57,989 nucleotides of DNA from a virus. Its lineage: Duplodnaviria > Caudoviricetes. The first letter of the stretch is position 1; each line of letters opens with the position of its first letter. The notes beneath the pieces are model-generated. The model did not search any database, had not been told where the DNA came from, and saw only the letters and a program-made list of their open reading frames with translations. A program made the position numbers and the translations under genes. Positions 48,542-56,713 of the stretch are shown one piece after another. The stretch spans positions 1 through 57,989 of IMG/VR virus record IMGVR_UViG_3300044635_001982; one strand, given 5' to 3'.

Positions 48542-48843
48542 CGAACTTTGGTCGCGAACTGAAAGCGCAACGCGCCGCCTGCGGACTCAGCCAGTCGCAG
48601 GCGGCAGCGTGCTTCCGGGATCTGAGCGTGCGGACGCTGCAAGCGTGGGAGACTAGCGAACAGTCTCCGCCGCTGTGGATTCAGCATGTGATTCTTGACA
48701 GGCTCTCGAAGCGGAAATCCCCGGCAGGGCGGGCGGCGGGGGCTGGGGTGGGTAAGAAAGCGCGACGGACGAAGAAGGGAAAGGCACTGAACTGTGATTC
48801 TCCAACAGATCGTTCGATAACCAACAGAGAAAAGACCCCATGA
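48538..48843 (+). CDS. Cassette 1 Xre-family HTH regulator
   Basis: FGRELKAQRAACGLSQSQAA...SVRTLQAWE; reads through attI and overlaps the intI start. Confidence 0.85.
   Translation: MTNFGRELKAQRAACGLSQSQAAACFRDLSVRTLQAWETSEQSPPLWIQHVILDRLSKRKSPAGRAAGAGVGKKARRTKKGKALNCDSPTDRSITNREKTP
48786..48839 (-). other. attI site
   Basis: Core GTTCAGT (minus strand, 48786-48792) with no partner arm; direct repeats CCAACAGA at 48802 and 48821; abuts the intI 5' end. Confidence 0.75.
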
Positions 48844-49826
48844 ATACGAAACTCAATCAGGCACTGCAAAAGATGGAGGATTGGATGGTGTTGAAACATC
48901 GCGACCGGAAGACGCGGGCGACCTATCGGCGGCAGGCCGAGCGTTACTCCGCATGGCTCCAGGCGCGGCGCGATCTGCATGCCGTTTCCAGCGAGCGCAA
49001 GATCGAGGCTTATCTCACCATGCGGGCGCGCGAGGACTGCGCGCCCAGTACGCAGAATGTCGCCTTTCATGCGCTGCGGTGCTTTTACGAGCACGGGCTC
49101 GGGATCGGTCTCGGGGATATTTCGGCGCTGCGGGCGCGCCGGGAGCCGACCATCCGGCGGGCACCCTCGGTGGAGGAAACGCGGGCTATCCTCGCGGCGG
49201 CGCGACCGCTCTATGGCTACCCGTGCGACATGATCATCGAGTGGATTTACGCGAGTGGGTTGCGGGTAAGCGAGCCTCTGAACGCGCGACTGAAGGACAT
49301 CGACACTGCGCATTCCCGGTTCACGGTGCGCGATGGAAAGCACGGGGTTTCGCGGGTGGTGCCGATCCCGTGCGCGCTACTGCCGCGGCTGCTGGAGCAA
49401 ATGAAGTGGGCGGCGATGATCTGGAGCCGGGATGCGGCGGTGCCGGTCCCGGTGCCGCTGCCGGGAAAGCTGGCGCGGAAATATCCTCGGGCGCAGTTTG
49501 CCAAAGCGTGGGCGTGGCTGTTTCCGGCGAAGGAGCCGATCCGGTTTGATGGCTTTCCGGGGCTGGTGCGCTGGCGCATCCACGAATCGGCGGTGCAGCG
49601 GGCATTCAAGGCGGCGGTGCGGGCGTGCGGAGCGAGCGAGGATCTGACGCCGCATCATTTGCGGCACGCTTACGCCACGCATCTGCTGACGGAGACGCGG
49701 GCGAATGTGCGCGATGTGCAGGTGGCGATGGGACACCGGCAGATGCAGACGACGGCGGGATACATCACGCCGGAGATCGGGCGGCTGCCGGTGCCTCCGG
49801 CGCTGGCGGAGAATCGGCTTGCCTAA
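48840..49826 (+). CDS. intI: Integron integrase
   Basis: YASGLRVSE, DGK, HHLRHAYATHLL and MGH...TTAGY, plus the IntI-specific insertion LPGKLARKYPRA...WAWLFPA...IHESAVQRAFK. Confidence 0.92.
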   Translation: MNTKLNQALQKMEDWMVLKHRDRKTRATYRRQAERYSAWLQARRDLHAVSSERKIEAYLTMRAREDCAPSTQNVAFHALRCFYEHGLGIGLGDISALRARREPTIRRAPSVEETRAILAAARPLYGYPCDMIIEWIYASGLRVSEPLNARLKDIDTAHSRFTVRDGKHGVSRVVPIPCALLPRLLEQMKWAAMIWSRDAAVPVPVPLPGKLARKYPRAQFAKAWAWLFPAKEPIRFDGFPGLVRWRIHESAVQRAFKAAVRACGASEDLTPHHLRHAYATHLLTETRANVRDVQVAMGHRQMQTTAGYITPEIGRLPVPPALAENRLA

Positions 49827-49854
49827 CGGCGGGGCGCGGGTAGCTGCGCGGGCC

Positions 49855-50193
49855 ATGCCGAAGAAAAAAGCCGCGGTCGCGGCCAAGCGAGCGAAGGCGA
49901 AAGCCTCGAACCTCCCAAAAACCGAGCCTCCGAAGAATCCGGCCAAACCGGCGAAGGCCGCGGAGAAAAAGCCGTGCCAGGCGCTGGATATGCGCAAGGC
50001 TTACCAGGCGGAGATCAAGGCGCTGCGGGCGCAGGTGAAGAAGCGGACGGCGGGGCAGGTGAAGGAGCTGGCGGTTTTGCAAAAGGAGATCGCGGCGCGT
50101 GAACTCCAGAAAAAGCGGATCGAGAGCGCGACGGGCAAGGAAGTGGCGGCGCTGGAAAAACGGATCGCGGTGCTGGAGGGACGCAACTCGTGA
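49855..50193 (+). CDS. Lys/Ala-rich basic coiled-coil protein
   Basis: MPKKKAAVAAKRAKAK...; class-L motif upstream. Confidence 0.65.
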   Translation: MPKKKAAVAAKRAKAKASNLPKTEPPKNPAKPAKAAEKKPCQALDMRKAYQAEIKALRAQVKKRTAGQVKELAVLQKEIAARELQKKRIESATGKEVAALEKRIAVLEGRNS

Positions 50194-50666
50194 CGGTGGC
50201 GGAGATCCGGGCGGACGTGGACCGGGGAATCGAGATCGCGGAAAAGATGGCGGCGCTGAAAAAGGAGAAGGAGGAGATCGAGGAGCGGCTGGTCAAGGCG
50301 GGGCTGGCCGGAGAGCAGGTCGCGCTGGAAGACGAGGAGCGGGAGGGCCGGCAGTATCTGGCGCGCGGCTCGAAGCTGGTGGTGCCGGTGGTCTTCACGG
50401 CGGACATGGTGGTGAAAACTTTTGCGGCGGAGAGTTCGGTGCATCGGCAGATCGCGAAGGCGGCCGGCGACAAGCTGGCGTCTTTTTACGCGGAGAAGAA
50501 GACGCTGACGGCGATTTTCGACACGGGAAAACTGCTGCGGCGGCAGGCGGCGGAGGTGTTTGGTGCGGATGCGCCGGCGTTTGTTTCGGCGTGCCTGGCG
50601 CGAGATAAATTCGGGGTGGTAAAGAGCCAGGAGCGGGTGGAGTGGGGCCGGGCGAGCGAGGGGTAG
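50190..50666 (+). CDS. Hypothetical protein
   Basis: 158 aa, GTGA-coupled. Confidence 0.7.
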   Translation: MTVAEIRADVDRGIEIAEKMAALKKEKEEIEERLVKAGLAGEQVALEDEEREGRQYLARGSKLVVPVVFTADMVVKTFAAESSVHRQIAKAAGDKLASFYAEKKTLTAIFDTGKLLRRQAAEVFGADAPAFVSACLARDKFGVVKSQERVEWGRASEG

Positions 50667-50936
50667 GAATTTAGGATTTGGGATTCAGGAGTTTGGAAGG
50701 GGGAAAACCGGAGGCGCGGAAATGCGGGTTTTTCTCTTTTGGCGGGTGTTCATAAAGTCCCCCGGATTTGGGGAGGAAAGGGGCTGTTCACAAGAGGGTC
50801 GATACTTGAACGCCTTCCGCGACGGTTTGTAAATGGCTGGCGTGGAACACGTTGCGGAACGGCGAAAAACGGGGGCTTACAGAGGGGCGCGGGGAGGGCT
50901 TGCGCAACGCGCAAATGGGGGTAGCGCGCCGGGGGG

Positions 50937-51566
50937 ATGAATGAACAGACGCCGGAAGAAAACCCGAGGGTGGCGCTGTATCTGCGGGTCTCGACGGCGG
51001 AGCAGGATCACGAGCCGCAGCGCATGGAGCTGCTGGATTTCTGCCGGCGGCGGAAGTGGACGGCGTGGACGGAATACGCGGACCAAATCTCCGGGGCGAA
51101 GTGGACGCGGGCGGGACTCGACGGACTGATGCGCGCGGTGCGGAAGCGGAAGGTGGATGTGGTGCTGTGTGTGAAGCTCGACCGGCTGGGGCGCTCGCTC
51201 TCGCACCTCGCGCAACTGATCGCGGAGTTTGACAAGCATGAGGTGGCGGTGATCTGCACGACCCAGGGGATCGACACCTCGCACAGCAATCCGGCGGGGC
51301 GGCTGCAGATGCATGTGCTGATGGCGGTCGCGGAATTCGAGCGGTCGCTGATCCGGGAGCGGACGAAGGCGGGACTGGTGGCGGCGGTGGCTCGGGGATC
51401 GAAGCTGGGGAGGCCGCGGGCGGATGCGGACAGCGGGGCGCGGGTGGCGGCGTGTCTGGCGCGAGTGCCGAGGCCGGGACTGCGCGCGGTCGCGAAGGAA
51501 TTGAAGCTGAGCTTGGGGCTGGTGGCGCGGCTGGCGAAGGCGGGGCGGGGGAAAGTTGAGAGTTGA
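50937..51566 (+). CDS. Small serine recombinase (resolvase/invertase)
   Basis: ALYLRVST.EQ, KLDRLGRS, AEFERSLIRERT and GRP; C-terminal HTH. Confidence 0.95.
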   Translation: MNEQTPEENPRVALYLRVSTAEQDHEPQRMELLDFCRRRKWTAWTEYADQISGAKWTRAGLDGLMRAVRKRKVDVVLCVKLDRLGRSLSHLAQLIAEFDKHEVAVICTTQGIDTSHSNPAGRLQMHVLMAVAEFERSLIRERTKAGLVAAVARGSKLGRPRADADSGARVAACLARVPRPGLRAVAKELKLSLGLVARLAKAGRGKVES

Positions 51567-51631
51567 GAGTTGAGTGTTGAGTGACGCGGGTGTGTTGACG
51601 ATTGCGTGGCTCGTTTGTGTGGTCTTAGTGC

Positions 51632-51967
51632 ATGAAAAAAGAACCAACAAAAACCGAAGCGCCGGCGGTCACGAGTCCGGCGCACACTCCGGGGCCGTGG
51701 AAAATGAGCGGCAGCACCACGGCGGTCTATCGCGCTGTGCAAGACGGGAATTGGGCGGGGCACAGCGACCTGAACGAACCAATCGCTTGGCTCACCGACA
51801 CGGGCCGGAACGCCGAGGAAACGGAGGCGAACGCGCGGCTGATTGCGGCCGCGCCGGAACTGCTCGCCGCGCTGAAAAAGATCGACGCCAACGCGGCTGA
51901 ATCCCCGGAGTGGATTCGGCGGGTTGCACGGAAAGCGCGGCGGAAAGCGGAAGGGAGGGCGGAATGA
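51632..51967 (+). CDS. Phage protein of the HTPGPW...ANARLIAAAPELL family
   Basis: Both signature motifs are present. Confidence 0.8.
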   Translation: MKKEPTKTEAPAVTSPAHTPGPWKMSGSTTAVYRAVQDGNWAGHSDLNEPIAWLTDTGRNAEETEANARLIAAAPELLAALKKIDANAAESPEWIRRVARKARRKAEGRAE

Positions 51968-52170
51968 GCGCGGCGGAGATGATGGGAAGGGTGGGGAAGG
52001 ATGGGGTCTGGAATGTGGAAGGGGTGCGGGTGCTGGTGCGAATCATGGATGCCCGGATGGTGTTCAACCGCCTCGACTTCAAAATCGTGCCTCTCATGGG
52101 CGCGGGTGAAGTGTGGGTGTCCGCGGCGCGCGTGGGCGAACCGGCGAAAGCGGAAGGGGGTGCGAAGTGA
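51964..52170 (+). CDS. Hypothetical protein
   Basis: ATGA-coupled. Confidence 0.6.
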   Translation: MSAAEMMGRVGKDGVWNVEGVRVLVRIMDARMVFNRLDFKIVPLMGAGEVWVSAARVGEPAKAEGGAK

Positions 52171-52415
52171 ACGCGCTTTATCTCGGCTGCACTGCGGCGC
52201 GGCACGCGCGCTTGGGAATCCACGCGGTGGTCAACGCGCGCGGCGGACACGCGGCGCTGAACGCGCCGACAATCGAGGACACGGAAATGATGAGGGACGC
52301 GCGGAAGGTGCGCGACCGGATCGAGCGGCGCGTGAGGTTCTATCAGTTCAACAGCCGGTTCTTTCGGCGGAACCACAAGCGCCTCGCGCATCTGGTGAGC
52401 AGTCCCGAGGACTGA
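52167..52415 (+). CDS. Hypothetical protein
   Basis: GTGA-coupled. Confidence 0.5.
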   Translation: MNALYLGCTAARHARLGIHAVVNARGGHAALNAPTIEDTEMMRDARKVRDRIERRVRFYQFNSRFFRRNHKRLAHLVSSPED

Positions 52416-52458
52416 GAGGGCTTGCGTTTTGCGGCGGTGCGCGTAGCGGGCGCGGGGC

Positions 52459-53112
52459 ATGAAGAAGAAAAAGGGGCCGGCGAAAGCCGCTCCGAAGAAA
52501 AGCGGAAAACGCCGAGACGCAGAGACGCGGAGGAAAACGCCCGCGGGCCAAAAGACACGACTGCCGGGAAGTCGTGCATCGGCGAAGGCCAAAGGTGGGC
52601 GGGGGAAGAAAAGTCCGCCGGTGCAGGATGCGCCGGCCAGCGCTCAGGATGAGCGCGCTACCCTGTCCGCTCGGCAGGAAAATTTCTGTCAGGAATATGT
52701 GAAGGGGGGGACGGCGACGGAGGCTTATGAAAAGGCTTATGGGAAGGTGAAGGGTGCGGAGGTGAGCGCGAGTCGGCTGCTAAGTAATGCTAAGGTGGCG
52801 GCGAGGGTGAAGGCGCTGCAGGAGGAGGCGGCGAAAGGGGCGGTGCTGAGCCTGCAGGAGACGCTGGAGTATTTTCGCAAGGTGGTGCTGACGCCGATCG
52901 GGGAGGTGGATGAGCGGAGCGTGCTCTGCCAGTCGGCGGAGCACAGCGACACGGGGACGAAATTCAAGATGCCGTGCAAGCTGAAGGCGCTGGAACTGAA
53001 TGCGAAGCTGCAGGGCTGGCTGCGCGAGAAGGTGGAGCACACGATCGAGCAGGATGGGCTGGCGGCGCTGATGACGAAGATTCGCGATGGACTGCGCCCA
53101 ACTGCTGAGTGA
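52459..53112 (+). CDS. terS: Terminase small subunit
   Basis: LSARQENFCQEYV..TATEAYEKAYG...ASRLLSNAKV. Confidence 0.88.
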   Translation: MKKKKGPAKAAPKKSGKRRDAETRRKTPAGQKTRLPGSRASAKAKGGRGKKSPPVQDAPASAQDERATLSARQENFCQEYVKGGTATEAYEKAYGKVKGAEVSASRLLSNAKVAARVKALQEEAAKGAVLSLQETLEYFRKVVLTPIGEVDERSVLCQSAEHSDTGTKFKMPCKLKALELNAKLQGWLREKVEHTIEQDGLAALMTKIRDGLRPTAE

Positions 53113-54610
53113 CCCGCTGTGGAGGATCGGGAACCTCTACGGGATCAAGACCGAGGACGAGGGCCGGCGGCTGCGCTTCGCTCCAAGGCCGGAGCAGTGG
53201 GAGGTGATTCGCGCGCTGACGGAACACCCCGACCAGCCGCTCTACATCATCAAAAGCCGGCGGCTGGGGATGAGCACGGCGCTGGGGATCACGCTGGCGG
53301 ATTGCGCGGCGTGGAGCAGCGGGTTTCAGGGCTCGCTGGTGGACCAGACGCAGGCGGACGCGGAGCGGAAGATGAGCGAGATCATCCGCTACGCGGTGAA
53401 GAGCATGCCCGGGGAGCTGGCGGAGCGGCTGGAGTTTCCAAAGGCGAATGACGGGGAGCTGCAGATCGTGGTGCGGGGGCAGGATGCGCGGGCGAGTTCG
53501 CGCATTTTCGCGGGGAAGAACGCGCGCGGCGGGACGAACAATTTTTTGTGGATTTCGGAGTGGGGGCCGATCGCGGCGAACGACCCGCGGCGCTCGACGG
53601 AAATCCGCACCGGGGCGCTGCCCTCGGCCCGGCGCGGGCGGCGGGTGGTGGAGACGACGTGGTATGGCGGGAAGAGCGGAGATCTGTGGGAGCTGGTGAA
53701 ACCGATCCTGGAGCGCGATCCGAACGCGGAGGGGCGGGTGCTCTTTTTCCCGTGGCACGGGGATCCGGCGTGCGTGCGGACGACGGGCGTGGTGACGAAG
53801 GAACTGGAGGAGTATTTCCGGGAGGCGGCGGAGAAGGTGGGGCGGAAATTCAGCCGGGAGCAAAAGCTGTGGTATGGGGCGAAGCAACTGGAGCAGGGGA
53901 TGTTTGTGAAACGGGAATACCCGACGACGATGGAGGAGGCGATGACGGCTCCGGTGGAGGGCTCGATCTACGGGGAGGCGCTGGCGCGGCGGCGGGCGGC
54001 GGGGGCGATCGGGCCGGTGGAGCCGGACGCGGAGGCGCTGGTGAACACGAGCTGGGACCTGGGGAGTCCGATCAATACGGTGTGCTGGTATTTCCAGATG
54101 ATCGGGCGGGAGCTGCGGTTCATCGACGTGGACCTGGACGTGGACCTGACGGCGGCGGAACGGGTGGCGGGAATGCTGCGCAAAGGCTACCGCTTTGGCT
54201 GGCACTACGTGCCGCATGACGCGGCGGCGAAGCAATACAACGGGCGGACGTTTGCGGCGGACCTGGAGGATGCGGGGCTGAAGAATCTGCGGATCGTGCC
54301 GCGGACGGCGGATGAGTGGGTGGGGATCAATCATGTGCGGCAGAACGTGCTGCCGCGGGCGGCGTTCCGGCTGCCGCAGTGCGAGGTGGCGGTGGGGCGG
54401 CTGGAGGCGTTTCGCACAGCGCGGGAGACGAGCGGCGGGCTGGCGAAGGATGCGCCGGTGCATGACATCAACAGCCACGCGGCGGCGGCGCTGCGGACGG
54501 CGGGCGAGGCGGACCTGGCGGGGATGCTGGAGGCGGGGTGGGTGAGGAGCGCGTTTGACGGGGAGGGGTTGAAGGCGCTGCGGATGGGGGCGGGGAAAGT
54601 TGAGAGTTGA
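53087..54610 (+). CDS. terL: Terminase large subunit
   Basis: IKSRRLGMST Walker A, LWISE Walker B, SWDLG nuclease motif and PVHDINSH. Confidence 0.9.
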   Translation: MDCAQLLSDPLWRIGNLYGIKTEDEGRRLRFAPRPEQWEVIRALTEHPDQPLYIIKSRRLGMSTALGITLADCAAWSSGFQGSLVDQTQADAERKMSEIIRYAVKSMPGELAERLEFPKANDGELQIVVRGQDARASSRIFAGKNARGGTNNFLWISEWGPIAANDPRRSTEIRTGALPSARRGRRVVETTWYGGKSGDLWELVKPILERDPNAEGRVLFFPWHGDPACVRTTGVVTKELEEYFREAAEKVGRKFSREQKLWYGAKQLEQGMFVKREYPTTMEEAMTAPVEGSIYGEALARRRAAGAIGPVEPDAEALVNTSWDLGSPINTVCWYFQMIGRELRFIDVDLDVDLTAAERVAGMLRKGYRFGWHYVPHDAAAKQYNGRTFAADLEDAGLKNLRIVPRTADEWVGINHVRQNVLPRAAFRLPQCEVAVGRLEAFRTARETSGGLAKDAPVHDINSHAAAALRTAGEADLAGMLEAGWVRSAFDGEGLKALRMGAGKVES

Positions 54611-54642
54611 GAGTTGAGAGTTGAGTGACAGAATCTGCCGAC

Positions 54643-54909
54643 ATGAGAACGAAGATCGGCCAAAGAATCATCGAGGCGGCGATACGGGCGCGGGTGGCGG
54701 GTGTCATTGAGAAACAACACACGATCGACGTTTATTTGGGACGCCTGGAGCATGGGGAGTTTCGGGAACAGGAGATGAGGGGGGCGGAAATGATAAGGCG
54801 GGAGACAGCGTTGTATGAGCTGAAGGATTATATTGAGTGGAGCGGCTTTCGTGTTTTCAGGGTGGAGGCAAAGACGCATTTTGGCGTCGGGCTGGTCGGC
54901 ATTCCGTGA
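54643..54909 (+). CDS. Hypothetical protein
   Basis: 88 aa, lower GC. Confidence 0.55.
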   Translation: MRTKIGQRIIEAAIRARVAGVIEKQHTIDVYLGRLEHGEFREQEMRGAEMIRRETALYELKDYIEWSGFRVFRVEAKTHFGVGLVGIP

Positions 54910-55703
54910 TGGACCGCATCCACCTTTCACGACAGACCACGGGGGAGCTGACGGTGCTGCCGGCGGCGGGGGGGGTGTGGCAGGTGTGGGAGCGGCCACG
55001 GGTGCATTGCCGGTATGTGCTGAGCGTGCGGGGCGGGGGAAAGCCGAAGCTGATCGGGGGGCGGAAGGAACGGGAGCGGAGTGTGGTGCTGGTGTTGCGG
55101 AAATGGTTCGCGACGGAGGGGACGGAGGAGGTCACGCCGACGCGGCTGGTCTGCCGGCTGACGCCGCCGACGGTGCTGGATCTCACGCCGCTGGCGGAGT
55201 TGGTGGCACTGGTGGCGGACTGGTACGGCGGGGCGCTGACTTTCGTGGAGGTGAAGGACGGGGCGCTGCTGGCGAAGGAATGCCAGCGGGTGGGCGTGGC
55301 GGTGCAGGTGCAGGAGCGGCTGGATTTGGCGACGAGCCGCTTTACGCCGGACCTCGGGTGGCTGACGGACGGGGAGACGGGACCGGCGGCGCTGAATGCG
55401 CTGGTTAATGCCATCCGGGCGACGGGCCAGTGGACGGCGAAGGGCAAGGATGAAGGCGGAAGGATGAAGGATGAGGTCAACGAGCACGCGAAGATGGCGC
55501 TCGTTTTGGAATGCCCGCACGCGCTGGCGGAGATCGAGACGTTTGCCGGGGACAGCGAAGCGCCGGCGGTGAGCCATGACGACGATGTGCGGGCGCTGGC
55601 GACGGGGCTTTACAACATCGACGCGGCGACGCGGCTGAACGCGGAGGCGAGGCGCAAGGTGGGGCCGCGGGATGGGTGGAAGGCGGGAGTGCTGCGGAGT
55701 TGA
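54909..55703 (+). CDS. Stand-alone TerL C-terminal nuclease-like domain (degenerate)
   Basis: VWERP...YVL, WYGGALTFVE, LGWLT and HDDDVRALA pattern. Confidence 0.6.
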   Translation: MDRIHLSRQTTGELTVLPAAGGVWQVWERPRVHCRYVLSVRGGGKPKLIGGRKERERSVVLVLRKWFATEGTEEVTPTRLVCRLTPPTVLDLTPLAELVALVADWYGGALTFVEVKDGALLAKECQRVGVAVQVQERLDLATSRFTPDLGWLTDGETGPAALNALVNAIRATGQWTAKGKDEGGRMKDEVNEHAKMALVLECPHALAEIETFAGDSEAPAVSHDDDVRALATGLYNIDAATRLNAEARRKVGPRDGWKAGVLRS

Positions 55704-55768
55704 GTGTTGAGTGAAAAAGCGGGTGGGGCGGTTGACGCTTTTGCGCGGCGTTTGTGTGGTCTTAGTGC

Positions 55769-55948
55769 ATGAAAAAAGAACCAACAAAAACCGAAGCGCC
55801 GGCGGTCATAAGTCCGGCGCGAATTCTCTCTCCGCGGGCGCGGGCGGAATACTACGAGGTGATGCTGCCGGCCTGGGCGCGCCCTCGCCCGATGGCGGAA
55901 TGGGCGGCACGCTTGCCGCGGCGGAAAGCGGAAGGGAGGGCGGAATGA
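55769..55948 (+). CDS. 59-aa protein sharing both termini with 51632-51967
   Basis: MKKEPTKTEAPAV...RRKAEGRAE. Confidence 0.55.
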   Translation: MKKEPTKTEAPAVISPARILSPRARAEYYEVMLPAWARPRPMAEWAARLPRRKAEGRAE

Positions 55949-56175
55949 GCGGACTAATCCTGAACTGCTTGAAGGCGCACGAGGTGGTAAAGCTCGGAGC
56001 CTTTAGGATCTGCCGATACGACCAAAACAACGAAGTCGGGATTCATGTGAGGGAAGACGGGTCGGGGCTGACCTTTTTCGACAAGCTCACTACGGCGGGA
56101 ATGAAACGCACTGAAAAATGGATCATCCGAACGAAGGCTGAACGTGCTGAGCGGGAAATGAAGGAGGCGGCATGA
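55945..56175 (+). CDS. Hypothetical protein
   Basis: ATGA-coupled. Confidence 0.55.
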   Translation: MSGLILNCLKAHEVVKLGAFRICRYDQNNEVGIHVREDGSGLTFFDKLTTAGMKRTEKWIIRTKAERAEREMKEAA

Positions 56176-56468
56176 GTGCGATTGAAAACTTCCCGATGCT
56201 TGGTCCCTCGCGCTTTGCGGAGTTTGCCGCTGATGTGGAAGCCCATCGCCCCGGCGGGCGCGTGCTCTACGTGTCCGCCGCTGATCTGGCCAGCGTGCTG
56301 GCTCGCGGGAAAACCCAAGTGCCGCGGCGCGACAAGGGTGGGAGGCGGTTGTCAGCGCGGTGGGATGAAATCAAGACCACGCGGGCGCGCGAAGCCTTTG
56401 CCGAGCGCCACGGGTGGCCTTTCACGGTGCATGTGGCGAACCTGGCGGAAGCAAAGGAGGCCGCGTGA
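56172..56468 (+). CDS. Hypothetical protein
   Basis: AGGAGG RBS; coupled. Confidence 0.6.
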   Translation: MSAIENFPMLGPSRFAEFAADVEAHRPGGRVLYVSAADLASVLARGKTQVPRRDKGGRRLSARWDEIKTTRAREAFAERHGWPFTVHVANLAEAKEAA

Positions 56469-56671
56469 AAGCAACATCGAGAAACTCCCGCGCTCTGACG
56501 GCCGCACAGAAAGGGGCGCTCAAAGCCTACAACTTCGCGCTTGCCCAAGAAGACCGCTACCTCGGGAGCGTGTTTGTCACTCCCGCCGGGCAGCGCGAAA
56601 AGGAAGCGCAAACGCAGGCGGCTTACGCCGCGTGCAAAGCGCTGGGAATGACGCATGAGCACGGGCTGTAA
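56465..56671 (+). CDS. Hypothetical protein
   Basis: AGGAGG RBS; GTGA overlap. Confidence 0.6.
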   Translation: MKATSRNSRALTAAQKGALKAYNFALAQEDRYLGSVFVTPAGQREKEAQTQAAYAACKALGMTHEHGL

Positions 56672-56713
56672 AAGAGTTGAGAGTTGAGGGGTGAGAGTAA
56701 AGAATCCGCGGCG

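Larger units (their letters stand above)
46345..49826. mobile_element. Integron (intI, attI and 4 cassettes) within the phage early operon
   Basis: IntI-specific insertion, four canonical-geometry attC sites and matched core boxes at cassette ends. Confidence 0.9.
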
